This document shows, piece after piece, positions 7,767 to 16,072 of a stretch of 64,000 nt of DNA (positions within the stretch are counted from its first letter, which is position 1; each line of letters starts with the position of its first letter). Both the position numbers and the translations under genes were made by a program. The stretch comes from an uncultured virus (IMG/VR IMGVR_UViG_2811995274_000001) (Duplodnaviria; Heunggongvirae; Uroviricota; Caudoviricetes): IMG/VR virus record IMGVR_UViG_2811995274_000001; one strand, written 5' to 3'. A model generated the notes under the pieces. The model worked only from the letters and a program-made list of their open reading frames with translations, made no database searches and was not told the origin of the DNA.

Positions 7767-7935
7767 GGGTACCATCTCCTTTCTTTTTTTTATTAAATTT
7801 TCAACACGAGAACCTACCCCGGGGGCTAGAATTCTCACATCAAAAATTTTCATATAAGACCTGGTACCCTCAGAAAAATTTTATAAAAATTAAAACTATA
7901 TATGATTTCCTACTATTTTAATATGAAATAAAAAT

Positions 7936-7980
7936 AAAAACCTAGTTGAGTATCAATTAAAATACTTGACTAGGTTTTTT
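7936..7980 (+). terminator. terminator at the strand switch (probably bidirectional)
   Basis: AAAAACCTAGTTGAGTAT...ATACTTGACTAGGTTTTTT. Confidence 0.7.
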
Positions 7981-8031
7981 GTTATTACAGATAAAAAATG
8001 CGTAATAAATTGTTAAAGGAGGGTAAATAAT

Positions 8032-8295
8032 ATGTCTAATTTAAAAATTAATAATAAAATAGAATTAAATGGTCGTTTTACTGTAGAAAGAAAAAAGGAC
8101 ATTAATGCTAATCCAGTAATAATCTATAGAACAGGAGTTTTAGAAATTCCTAAATACATAGATGAAATAAAGACAATTGAAAATGATAAATATAAAATAA
8201 ATGGAATAAATGTATATAAAGAAACATTTGTATCTGAAGAAGATTATATTGCATACGAATTTAAGTTTGATGAAATATTTATAAAAGATAACTAG
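8032..8295 (+). CDS. hypothetical protein
   Basis: 87-aa ORF with AAAGGAGGG RBS. Confidence 0.75.
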   Translation: MSNLKINNKIELNGRFTVERKKDINANPVIIYRTGVLEIPKYIDEIKTIENDKYKINGINVYKETFVSEEDYIAYEFKFDEIFIKDN

Positions 8296-8305
8296 AGGAG
8301 TGTAT

Positions 8306-8935
8306 ATGGCTGTAAATGATGTAGAACAAATAAAAGATGTGGACAATAGAAAAGAATTAGAAAAGCAATTAATAAAAGATAATAATATATGGGGTTATAG
8401 TAATAAAGGATTAGAAGCAAAAAAAGCAGCTATGGCTATGTTATCAACTAAGACCGGAATGTATGCTAAAATCCCTTTGATTTGCAAATCTAGACAATGT
8501 CCATATTCTGACACTTGTAAATTATTAGCATATGATTTAGCTCCAGAGGGAGAATATTGTCCTTTAGAGACTGCGATGATAGAAAAAAGTGCTTGTAGCT
8601 ATGCTCAAGACATAGATATAGATAGCACTTCTTTTACTGATCGAACTTTATTAAATGAAATAATAGGCTATGACATAATGTTAGAAAGATGTAGGGCATT
8701 AATGGCCAAAGAAGGTACTCCAGTAATAGAAATAACAACTGGTATAACAGAATTGGGCGATGAAATAAAACAACCTACAGTGTCTAAAGCATGGGAAGCT
8801 TATGAAAGAATATCAAAGAAAAGAAATGAAGCTTATCAATTAATGATGTTAACACGAAAAGACAATAAAAATAATAATCAAGAAAATCAACAATCTATGT
8901 CTGAAATATTATCTACATTAACTGTTAATAGTTAA
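8306..8935 (+). CDS. probable terminase small subunit with a Cys-rich motif
   Basis: CxxxxCPYxxxC..CP; C-terminal half (EGTPVIE..QPTVSKAWEAYERISKKRNEAYQLMMLTRKD) resembles P27-type TerS; near the start of the packaging region. Confidence 0.5.
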   Translation: MAVNDVEQIKDVDNRKELEKQLIKDNNIWGYSNKGLEAKKAAMAMLSTKTGMYAKIPLICKSRQCPYSDTCKLLAYDLAPEGEYCPLETAMIEKSACSYAQDIDIDSTSFTDRTLLNEIIGYDIMLERCRALMAKEGTPVIEITTGITELGDEIKQPTVSKAWEAYERISKKRNEAYQLMMLTRKDNKNNNQENQQSMSEILSTLTVNS

Positions 8936-9080
8936 AATATATAAAATTAAGGTGAATATAGTAGTGCAAGCAAAAACAAGAAAAATAAGTATTAATAATG
9001 ACATAAATGATATAGAAATAGTAAATGTAAATGGCATATATATATCTAAAAAAAGAAATAAAAAAGAAGGAGAAATAACA

Positions 9081-9332
9081 ATGCAAGAACAAGCAAAAAA
9101 AATAGTAATGGAGTATTTTAATAGTCATGTCGATAAAACAGATAATAAACAAATCACAATGAATGATGTTTATGTAGTTTGGTTTAGTAAGACATTACAA
9201 AATTGGAAAGCTCTTGTAAGCACTACAGTTAGCGATGGTATGTACTACGAAATAACTCATAACGGCAATGAAAACGAAACTTATGTAGATGTTTATAAAA
9301 AATGGGAAAATTATACTGTTAAAGGAGAATAA
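9081..9332 (+). CDS. DUF6275-like small phage protein
   Basis: DVYVVWFSKTLQNWKALVST..DGMYYEITHNG...YVDVYKKWEN; start moved to the RBS-preceded ATG 9081. Confidence 0.65.
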   Translation: MQEQAKKIVMEYFNSHVDKTDNKQITMNDVYVVWFSKTLQNWKALVSTTVSDGMYYEITHNGNENETYVDVYKKWENYTVKGE

Positions 9333-9334
9333 AA

Positions 9335-9766
9335 ATGAAAAATTATATTAGCGTAAAAATGATAAAAGCAGAACCATGCAAAGCATGGAAAGACTTTAAA
9401 GGTCATATGACTGGAGATGAAGGATATAAAATTTATTATCCTGATGGTTATGTATCTTGGTGTCCTAAAGACATTTTTGAAGCCCAGTATTTAGAATTAG
9501 AAAAAGAAAATACTATTAGTCAAAGTGATGTTGATAACTTTATTTCAAAAGTTGAAGCAATAAAAATGGGTGATAAAACAACTGTAGTACAAGCTACTTT
9601 CAAAAATGGTTTCAGTATGGTTTCTGGCTCTTCTTGCGTAGAACCAAAAAACTTTGATATGGAAATTGGTAAACAATGCTGTATGGAAAAAATTAAAGAC
9701 CATGTTTGGGGATTTTTAGGCTTCTTACTTCAATCTGCTAAAAATGGATTTAAAGGAGATGAATAA
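9335..9766 (+). CDS. N4 gp49/Sf6 gp66-family domain protein with an N-terminal GY.V.YPDGY.SW domain
   Basis: GDEGYKIYYPDGYVSWCPKDIFE plus TTVVQATFKNGF..GSSCVEPKNFDMEIG...W..LGFLLQ. Confidence 0.7.
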   Translation: MKNYISVKMIKAEPCKAWKDFKGHMTGDEGYKIYYPDGYVSWCPKDIFEAQYLELEKENTISQSDVDNFISKVEAIKMGDKTTVVQATFKNGFSMVSGSSCVEPKNFDMEIGKQCCMEKIKDHVWGFLGFLLQSAKNGFKGDE

Positions 9767-9768
9767 TT

Positions 9769-10017
9769 ATGGAATTAAAAGATACAGTTAAATTAATGTT
9801 GAGTGCTGATTTTAAAGAAAGATTTTAAGCTGAATATCATCAAGATAAAAAAAGAGCAGAAGGTTTAGCAAAAATGTTAAAAGCTTATAAAGCAGGAACA
9901 TTACCATTTAAGCCTAAATGCAGTTACGAGCTTTTATATGAACAACTAATCTACATGAGAGCAAAATTAAAAGTATTAGAAGAACGTGCTTTTGTAGAAA
10001 ATATATCATTATTTTAA
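9769..10017 (+). pseudogene. small phage protein interrupted by an in-frame TAA (9826-9828)
   Basis: RBS AAAGGAG; MELKDTVKLMLSADFKERF*AEYHQ...LEERAFVENISLF; frame continues cleanly past the stop. Confidence 0.75.
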
Positions 10018-10028
10018 AAGGGGAATTT

Positions 10029-10232
10029 ATGAATATATTAAAAGAAATAGCTAAAATTTTTATTACAACTACTCTTACTCAAAAAAGAGAAGAAACAAAA
10101 ATAAAATTAAAAGAAAAATTAGTTACCGCAAATGCATCTGAAGTATCTAAAATAATGGCATATTTAGCTATTATAGACGCAGCTGACGGAAAAGTAATAA
10201 AAGAAATAAATCGTTTAATAGATAAAATATAA
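10029..10232 (+). CDS. hypothetical protein
   Basis: 67 aa, RBS AAGGGGA. Confidence 0.7.
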   Translation: MNILKEIAKIFITTTLTQKREETKIKLKEKLVTANASEVSKIMAYLAIIDAADGKVIKEINRLIDKI

Positions 10233-10249
10233 AAGAAGGGCATTGTTGA

Positions 10250-10495
10250 ATGGAAGTATTAATAGATAAAATTTCTTTTAAAAACACTATAATAGACAAA
10301 ATACATATTAAAGGAGACAAAAAAGACATAATAGATTTTTTTAAAGAAATTTTATTAGAAAAACAAAATCATTATGACTATAGTCCATATATACATAACA
10401 TTCCTCAAAAAATCCCTAATGAATATACTGAATGGAAAAATCCATTTATATATAATAATTCGCCTATAACATGCGATAATACAAAATCAATATAA
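10250..10495 (+). CDS. hypothetical protein
   Basis: 81 aa in a tight operon. Confidence 0.65.
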   Translation: MEVLIDKISFKNTIIDKIHIKGDKKDIIDFFKEILLEKQNHYDYSPYIHNIPQKIPNEYTEWKNPFIYNNSPITCDNTKSI

Positions 10496-10514
10496 AAGAG
10501 GAAAATAAAATTAT

Positions 10515-10937
10515 ATGGAATATATAGAAACTAGATTGATTAAAGAAATTATTAAATTAAATAATTCTACATACAAAATAAAATATGATAATAATGAAGA
10601 AAAAATTATAAATCAAGAATATTACGATAAACACTTATTAGGAATTGATAATGATTTTGATAAAGTAATAAATAACTTCATAATTGATATCAAAACAGAA
10701 GAAACTCCTTATGACACAACAATTACAGCTTATTTTAAAAATGGTTGTATTTTTATAGCAAATGAGTCTAACGACTCTATAGAACGTTATTATTCTTTAA
10801 AAGAAATAAAAAATAAAGGTTCTTTTATTCAAGCTAGAAGAGACTGTTGTATGGAACAAATAAGAGAAAAAGCAATTACTTATATTGACAATTTATACGC
10901 TTCTGCTAAATTAGGCAATAATTATAATACAAAATAA
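10515..10937 (+). CDS. diverged paralog of 9335-9766
   Basis: shared YKI.Y, NFI, FKNG, CCME.I and SAK.G in the same order. Confidence 0.6.
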   Translation: MEYIETRLIKEIIKLNNSTYKIKYDNNEEKIINQEYYDKHLLGIDNDFDKVINNFIIDIKTEETPYDTTITAYFKNGCIFIANESNDSIERYYSLKEIKNKGSFIQARRDCCMEQIREKAITYIDNLYASAKLGNNYNTK

Positions 10938-10951
10938 AAGGAGATGATTGT

Positions 10952-11401
10952 ATGTCTTTAGCTGGAGAAATAGTAGGACAAATATTACATAGTAATAAAA
11001 CTATTAACCAAATTACTACATCGCCAAGAGAAATTGTTCAAGAAGGGGTTAAAAACTTAAGATTCGCTCACAATAAGGTTAAAGCTTCTGATATGAATGA
11101 AACTTATTTAAAACGAGCTGGAATTACTAAAAAAGATAACAAATATTATAATGATAAAAATGAAGAAATCTCTATAGATAAAGATGGTTATATGAGTAAT
11201 TTATCTTTAAATAATAGATTTAATATGTCTTATTTAAATCAAGACGGATCTTTTAATAAAAGTAAGATAGGTACTCATATAGCTGGCTCTACTTTATTAG
11301 GATATAGTGGTTTATCATCTGCTGGACGATTAGCTTCAGGCGGTGGTTTTTATAGAGATAGTAATGGTAATTTTGATTTAATGGGAATACCGTTTATCTA
11401 A
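10952..11401 (+). CDS. hypothetical protein, Gly-rich hydrophobic C-terminus
   Basis: 149 aa, AAAGGAG RBS. Confidence 0.75.
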   Translation: MSLAGEIVGQILHSNKTINQITTSPREIVQEGVKNLRFAHNKVKASDMNETYLKRAGITKKDNKYYNDKNEEISIDKDGYMSNLSLNNRFNMSYLNQDGSFNKSKIGTHIAGSTLLGYSGLSSAGRLASGGGFYRDSNGNFDLMGIPFI

Positions 11402-11427
11402 TATGATATACAGAAAGGAAGAATATT

Positions 11428-11832
11428 ATGGGAAAACCTTATAACCCTATTCCGGCATTAGGAGCTTTTGGAAGGGATTTTTTAAATAAACAAAATGTTA
11501 TAGTTTCAGGAACATTAAGTGAAATGGGAGTTAAAGGAAGCAATACTATTTCTGAAGCTATTAATACTATAGATATCGGGAATGCAGGACTTCAAGATTC
11601 ATTAGCTAATGTAATGACATTGGGCAAAAATGTATATGGAGAACTTCATAAAGCGGCAACTGCTGAAGGAGCTTATATTAAAAATATGGCTGCAAAAAGA
11701 TATAGATATGCTGGTGCAAACAAAAAAGGCATAAAATATGAGCAAATTGCTCTTGACGCTGCTGTTGTAGGTGGAATTGGAGCAGGGATTGCTGGAGCCG
11801 GATATGTTGGATCTTCTTTAATGGATGATTAA
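11428..11832 (+). CDS. hypothetical Gly/Ala-rich protein with a C-terminal TM-like segment
   Basis: AAVVGGIGAGIAGAGYVG. Confidence 0.75.
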   Translation: MGKPYNPIPALGAFGRDFLNKQNVIVSGTLSEMGVKGSNTISEAINTIDIGNAGLQDSLANVMTLGKNVYGELHKAATAEGAYIKNMAAKRYRYAGANKKGIKYEQIALDAAVVGGIGAGIAGAGYVGSSLMDD

Positions 11833-11834
11833 TT

Positions 11835-12434
11835 ATGGAGAATATAAGAACTGTACACGATGGTATAGGTAGTAGGATTGGTGATACTGCTATATCTGGA
11901 ATAGGTTTTTTAGCTAAAAATACAGGTAAACTCGCTTGGAAAACAGGAAAAACAATTGGAAAATTAAGCTTAGGTACCGCAGGCATTTTAGGACAAGGAA
12001 CGATAGGATTAGCATCTGGATTAGGAAGATTAAGTATTAATTTAGGATATTATGGTGGAAAAAATGTACTTAATTCATTAAAATATGATGATTGGCGTAA
12101 TCCTATAGGAAAGGCTGCAAAAGGAATATATAACTTTTCTTCTAGTTTAGTTAAATACGTTCCAGAAGAAACAGTATATAATGCTACTAAAAATCAATTA
12201 GAACATAGATCTGGTAAATTAAAATTAACAGGCAGAGGCAAAGTTGCTCTAGCAGGAACTGCACTATTTGGAATGGTGGCTAATTTTAATAATTCTAATT
12301 CTTTTAAAAATATGGGATCAACAGATACTAACATAACTACTGCCACTCCTGTTTTTCAAAATACAAAATCAAACAAAATAGATTTTGGTGGAGCAACAGG
12401 AGATTTAGTATTTGCTTTACACAATAACAGATAG
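11835..12434 (+). CDS. hypothetical Gly-rich protein
   Basis: 199 aa; ends GGATGDLVFALHNNR. Confidence 0.75.
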   Translation: MENIRTVHDGIGSRIGDTAISGIGFLAKNTGKLAWKTGKTIGKLSLGTAGILGQGTIGLASGLGRLSINLGYYGGKNVLNSLKYDDWRNPIGKAAKGIYNFSSSLVKYVPEETVYNATKNQLEHRSGKLKLTGRGKVALAGTALFGMVANFNNSNSFKNMGSTDTNITTATPVFQNTKSNKIDFGGATGDLVFALHNNR

Positions 12435-12447
12435 AAGGTGATTTAAT

Positions 12448-12885
12448 ATGGCGATTATGCCAGTTGGTAATTTAGCTAAAACAATTTTATCTAATAAAAT
12501 GACTTCTTTAAATATTGCATTTTCAGGTATATCAGCATTAGATACATATCAAACAGAAAGAGAAGAAGGTGCTGGTTTTGCTAAGACAACTGCTAGTGCT
12601 GTTTTTGATGCAGCACTAGCTTCTACTGTTGGATTTGTTCCATATCTAGCTTATTCTATGGCTAAAGAAATCCCTGGATTAGCTGTTGATGCATATCAAG
12701 CATATGGACAATATTCAAGACAATTAGGAGCTATGCAAAAACAACAAGCCTTTCAAAATGCAAAATTTAATGATACCGAACAGGCATACACAATGAGACA
12801 AGCAGGAATGGCTATTGCTCAACGTAGTAGATATAATGTTCAACAAGCTATGCTAGGCAATGAAGCTAAATATATGATGAGATAG
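12448..12885 (+). CDS. hypothetical Ala/Gln-rich protein
   Basis: 145 aa, GAAGGTGA RBS. Confidence 0.75.
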   Translation: MAIMPVGNLAKTILSNKMTSLNIAFSGISALDTYQTEREEGAGFAKTTASAVFDAALASTVGFVPYLAYSMAKEIPGLAVDAYQAYGQYSRQLGAMQKQQAFQNAKFNDTEQAYTMRQAGMAIAQRSRYNVQQAMLGNEAKYMMR

Positions 12886-12902
12886 TAGGTAGGTGACATA
12901 AA

Positions 12903-13700
12903 TTGCCTAAATTTAATCTTAATAAATTTAGAAAATACGTTAGTAAATTAGACATAGAAAACCCTCAGCATCAAAGAAAAGCATTAAAATACGTATTAGA
13001 TAGATCTGAATATAAACCTTCAGAACGAAAAACTATATTAAACTCATTTGATAAAGGTGATTATGGTAACTTTCTCACTAAAGAAAGACGTAGTGCTTCA
13101 TGGGATGATTTCGCAAAATACCATAATGTTTATCATACTATAGAAGAAACCCCTATCTCAAAACCAGATACTAGTGGTTTTGGACATATTAGAAAAAATG
13201 TCATAGGACCATCAGAAGAATCAGTAGACAATAAATGGAAAAATTTTGTAAATTGGGCTAAAGAATATAAACAATCAAATTCAAACACTACGCAACCACT
13301 CCAATCTGGTCCTATATCTGCTAACGATTTTGCTGCAATGAGCGGTAGTGATAATAGAGCTTCTAGCTATATGGGCAAACGCTTAGCTAATAGATTTAAT
13401 GAAACTAATGCAAAAATAAAAGCTATAAAAGACAATGCTGATCTATCAGAGATAGATAAGACTAAACAGATTAATGATATTTATAGTACTTTTGGCGATA
13501 ATGTAAAAAATATAGATGATGTTTCACGTATATTACAGCAAGAAGCACAAAATGGTCCAGATATTCGTGATTATGTACATGCTTATAGTGGACATGTTGT
13601 TGGTGCTGGTATGGTATTAGGAATGGGTAATGCAGTATTAGACGCTGCTGATACTAAAGGACAAAAAACTAATGCTCAACTATATAGTAATCCGTTTTAA
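12903..13700 (+). CDS. hypothetical protein with a C-terminal hydrophobic Gly-rich segment
   Basis: 265 aa, TTG start after AGGTAGGTGA. Confidence 0.75.
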   Translation: MPKFNLNKFRKYVSKLDIENPQHQRKALKYVLDRSEYKPSERKTILNSFDKGDYGNFLTKERRSASWDDFAKYHNVYHTIEETPISKPDTSGFGHIRKNVIGPSEESVDNKWKNFVNWAKEYKQSNSNTTQPLQSGPISANDFAAMSGSDNRASSYMGKRLANRFNETNAKIKAIKDNADLSEIDKTKQINDIYSTFGDNVKNIDDVSRILQQEAQNGPDIRDYVHAYSGHVVGAGMVLGMGNAVLDAADTKGQKTNAQLYSNPF

Positions 13701-13717
13701 AATAAAAGGAGAGTTTT

Positions 13718-14179
13718 ATGGAAATAGTATCTTATTTTAAAAAAAATAGTAAAAATAGAATTACAATATGGGCTAAAAATAATATAAGAGATGATAAAAA
13801 TAAAAAATGGACTCCAAAAAATGAATACCAACATATTTTTTTAGAGACATATTCTTATGATACATATGTTTCAGATAAAAAAAGACAACAAGGAAAAACA
13901 GAAGCGTTAATAATAAAATCTTTATATGAAGCATTTAATAAAAATAATTCTCTTATAGTCTTTAAATTGCATACCTTTCTTGATATAAAAAATATAATGA
14001 AAAGAACTAATAGATTTCTAAAAAATAGTACTTCATTAATTAATCATGTTTATCGATTTAATCCTTTTGAGATATTGTTTACTAATGGATCTAAAATAAT
14101 TTATGTTACATCTACTACCTTAAATCGCTTAAGAGGAATTCCCTCAAATACATATATTACATTAGAAGATCAATATTAA
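13718..14179 (+). CDS. truncated, degenerate paralog of the terminase ATPase domain
   Basis: YQ...RQQGKTE...PFEILFTNGSKI...LRG...ITLEDQY aligns with TerL YQ...RRTGKTE...PYMIEFKNGSTI...IRG...IFLDEID. Confidence 0.7.
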   Translation: MEIVSYFKKNSKNRITIWAKNNIRDDKNKKWTPKNEYQHIFLETYSYDTYVSDKKRQQGKTEALIIKSLYEAFNKNNSLIVFKLHTFLDIKNIMKRTNRFLKNSTSLINHVYRFNPFEILFTNGSKIIYVTSTTLNRLRGIPSNTYITLEDQY

Positions 14180-14201
14180 AATTGTAAGAGGGTGATTTTA
14201 T

Positions 14202-15971
14202 ATAGCAAAACTTACACCAGTAGAAATAGAAAAATTAAAACAAATAAAAAATGATCCAGTTTTATGGGCAAGAACATTTATTAGAATATCTGATTCTAAA
14301 ACAAAAAAAATAGGACCTTGGGAAGCTAGAGATTATCAAGCAGAAATGCTTAGAGATCGAAGTGTTCGTAAAGTATATCAATGTGGAAGACGTACTGGTA
14401 AAACAGAGACAATGATAGTAGAAGGACTTCATAAAGTATGTACTAATAAAAACTTTAGAATCCTTTATGTTACTCCATACGAAAATCAAGTTAATTTGAT
14501 ATTTATGAGAATGAGAGAAATCATTCAAGATAGTCCTTTAATTAAAAATGATGTTGTCAGAATGAAGAATAGCCCATATATGATAGAATTTAAAAATGGC
14601 TCCACTATAATGGGCTTTACTACTGGAGCTTCTTCTGGACAAGGAGCAGCATCAATACGAGGACAAAGAGCAGATTGGATATTCTTAGACGAAATAGATT
14701 ATATGGCAGAAAATGATTTTTCTACTGTTGCTATGATTGCTGGAGAACGTTCTGATATTGGTATAACTGCAAGTTCTACTCCGACTGGTAAACGTGGTAC
14801 TTTTTACAGAATGTGTACCGATAAATCTTTCGGATATTCACATCATTATCATCCATCTATGCATAATCCTAACTGGAATCAACAGATGGAGGATCAATTT
14901 AGAGCAGAACTAACTCAATCTCAATATGATCACGAAATACTTGCTATATTTGGAACTGAAGAAGCAGGTGTTTTCGATAAAAACAAACTAGATAAAGCTT
15001 TAACTTTTAAATATTATACATATGATAAATTAACAGAAAATGATAAAAGAAAAATAGAGTTATCTGGAGGAAATTATCCAGATGAATACATATATGATAG
15101 AAATAATTTACCGCCATATAATCCATTTAGGTGTATGGGAGTCGATTTTGATAAATATCAAGCTTCTAGTTCTATAATTATTTTAGATTTTGATGTAGAT
15201 ATAAGAAAATTTAAGGTAATAAAACGTATAGAGGTGCCTAGAGGAGAATACACTTTAGATAATGCTGTAAAAATGATAATAGAATTAAATGATATTTATA
15301 AACCTAGTTGGATTTATGTTGATAGAGGATATGGAGATTATCAATTAGAAAGATTACATATATATGGAGATGAACATCCTTCCTCTGGATTAAAAAATAA
15401 AGTTAAAGGATGGCAATTTAAAAACACAATAGAAATAATAGATCCTGTTACAAAAGAAAAAACAAAAGAACCAATGAAACCTTTTATGGTAAATCAATTG
15501 TCTGTATCTTTTGACAGAGAACGTATTATATTATCTCCATTTGATATAATTTTACATAAACAATTAGTCGATTATGCAGTAGAAAGAGTATCTCAATCTG
15601 GTATACCTATATATAGTTCAAAAAATGAGCATTATGTAGATGCTCTTGGACTAGCACATTTAGGTTTTGTTTTAGAGTTTCCTCAATTATCTTCTTTAAT
15701 AAAAAAACCTAAATTTACTACCAAAATTAAACATAGTGTAGCGTCTTTAGGGGCTAATAGAGTAAAAAATGCTTTCAAAAGTATTTCACAACCTATTAAA
15801 AATCCTTGGAAAAATTATAATACACATAATAAAAATGATGATGATGATTTACCAGGAGATAAACCTTATTGGACAAAAGCTCCTAAGATAAACAGTAATT
15901 CACAACGATATAAGACTGCTAAATGGGGAAATAGAACCGGTATAGGTTTTAAGGGCAGATCGCTTTGGTAG
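14202..15971 (+). CDS. terL: terminase large subunit (probable ATA start, ~589 aa)
   Basis: Walker A GRRTGKT, Walker B IFLDE, coupling STP, nuclease GVDFD and HYVDAL; frame open from 14196 with RBS GAGGGTGA before ATA. Confidence 0.92.
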   Translation: MAKLTPVEIEKLKQIKNDPVLWARTFIRISDSKTKKIGPWEARDYQAEMLRDRSVRKVYQCGRRTGKTETMIVEGLHKVCTNKNFRILYVTPYENQVNLIFMRMREIIQDSPLIKNDVVRMKNSPYMIEFKNGSTIMGFTTGASSGQGAASIRGQRADWIFLDEIDYMAENDFSTVAMIAGERSDIGITASSTPTGKRGTFYRMCTDKSFGYSHHYHPSMHNPNWNQQMEDQFRAELTQSQYDHEILAIFGTEEAGVFDKNKLDKALTFKYYTYDKLTENDKRKIELSGGNYPDEYIYDRNNLPPYNPFRCMGVDFDKYQASSSIIILDFDVDIRKFKVIKRIEVPRGEYTLDNAVKMIIELNDIYKPSWIYVDRGYGDYQLERLHIYGDEHPSSGLKNKVKGWQFKNTIEIIDPVTKEKTKEPMKPFMVNQLSVSFDRERIILSPFDIILHKQLVDYAVERVSQSGIPIYSSKNEHYVDALGLAHLGFVLEFPQLSSLIKKPKFTTKIKHSVASLGANRVKNAFKSISQPIKNPWKNYNTHNKNDDDDLPGDKPYWTKAPKINSNSQRYKTAKWGNRTGIGFKGRSLW

Positions 15972-16020
15972 ACAAAATTAATAGATACAGGTTACTCTCC
16001 CGCCTGTTCTATATAGATTA

Positions 16021-16058
16021 AACGCTAAAGTTCCCCTCCGCTTTAGCGTTATTTTTTT
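16021..16058 (+). terminator. intrinsic terminator with a C-rich loop, preceded by a second hairpin (15981-16012)
   Basis: AACGCTAAAG-TTCCCCTCCG-CTTTAGCGTT-ATTTTTTT. Confidence 0.75.
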
Positions 16059-16072
16059 ATAAGGAGATAAAA

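Noticed and set aside
4735..7790. CRISPR array or integron attC array
   Set aside because: No identical direct repeats with constant-length spacers; the hairpins differ in sequence and there is no cas or integrase gene in the window
9826..9828. Stop-codon reassignment (TAA read as sense)
   Set aside because: It is a single instance; TAA, TAG and TGA all terminate other genes, and the long ORFs are intact under the standard code
13718..15971. Intron- or intein-split terL
   Set aside because: The upstream ORF duplicates rather than complements the TerL N-terminus, and TerL is complete on its own
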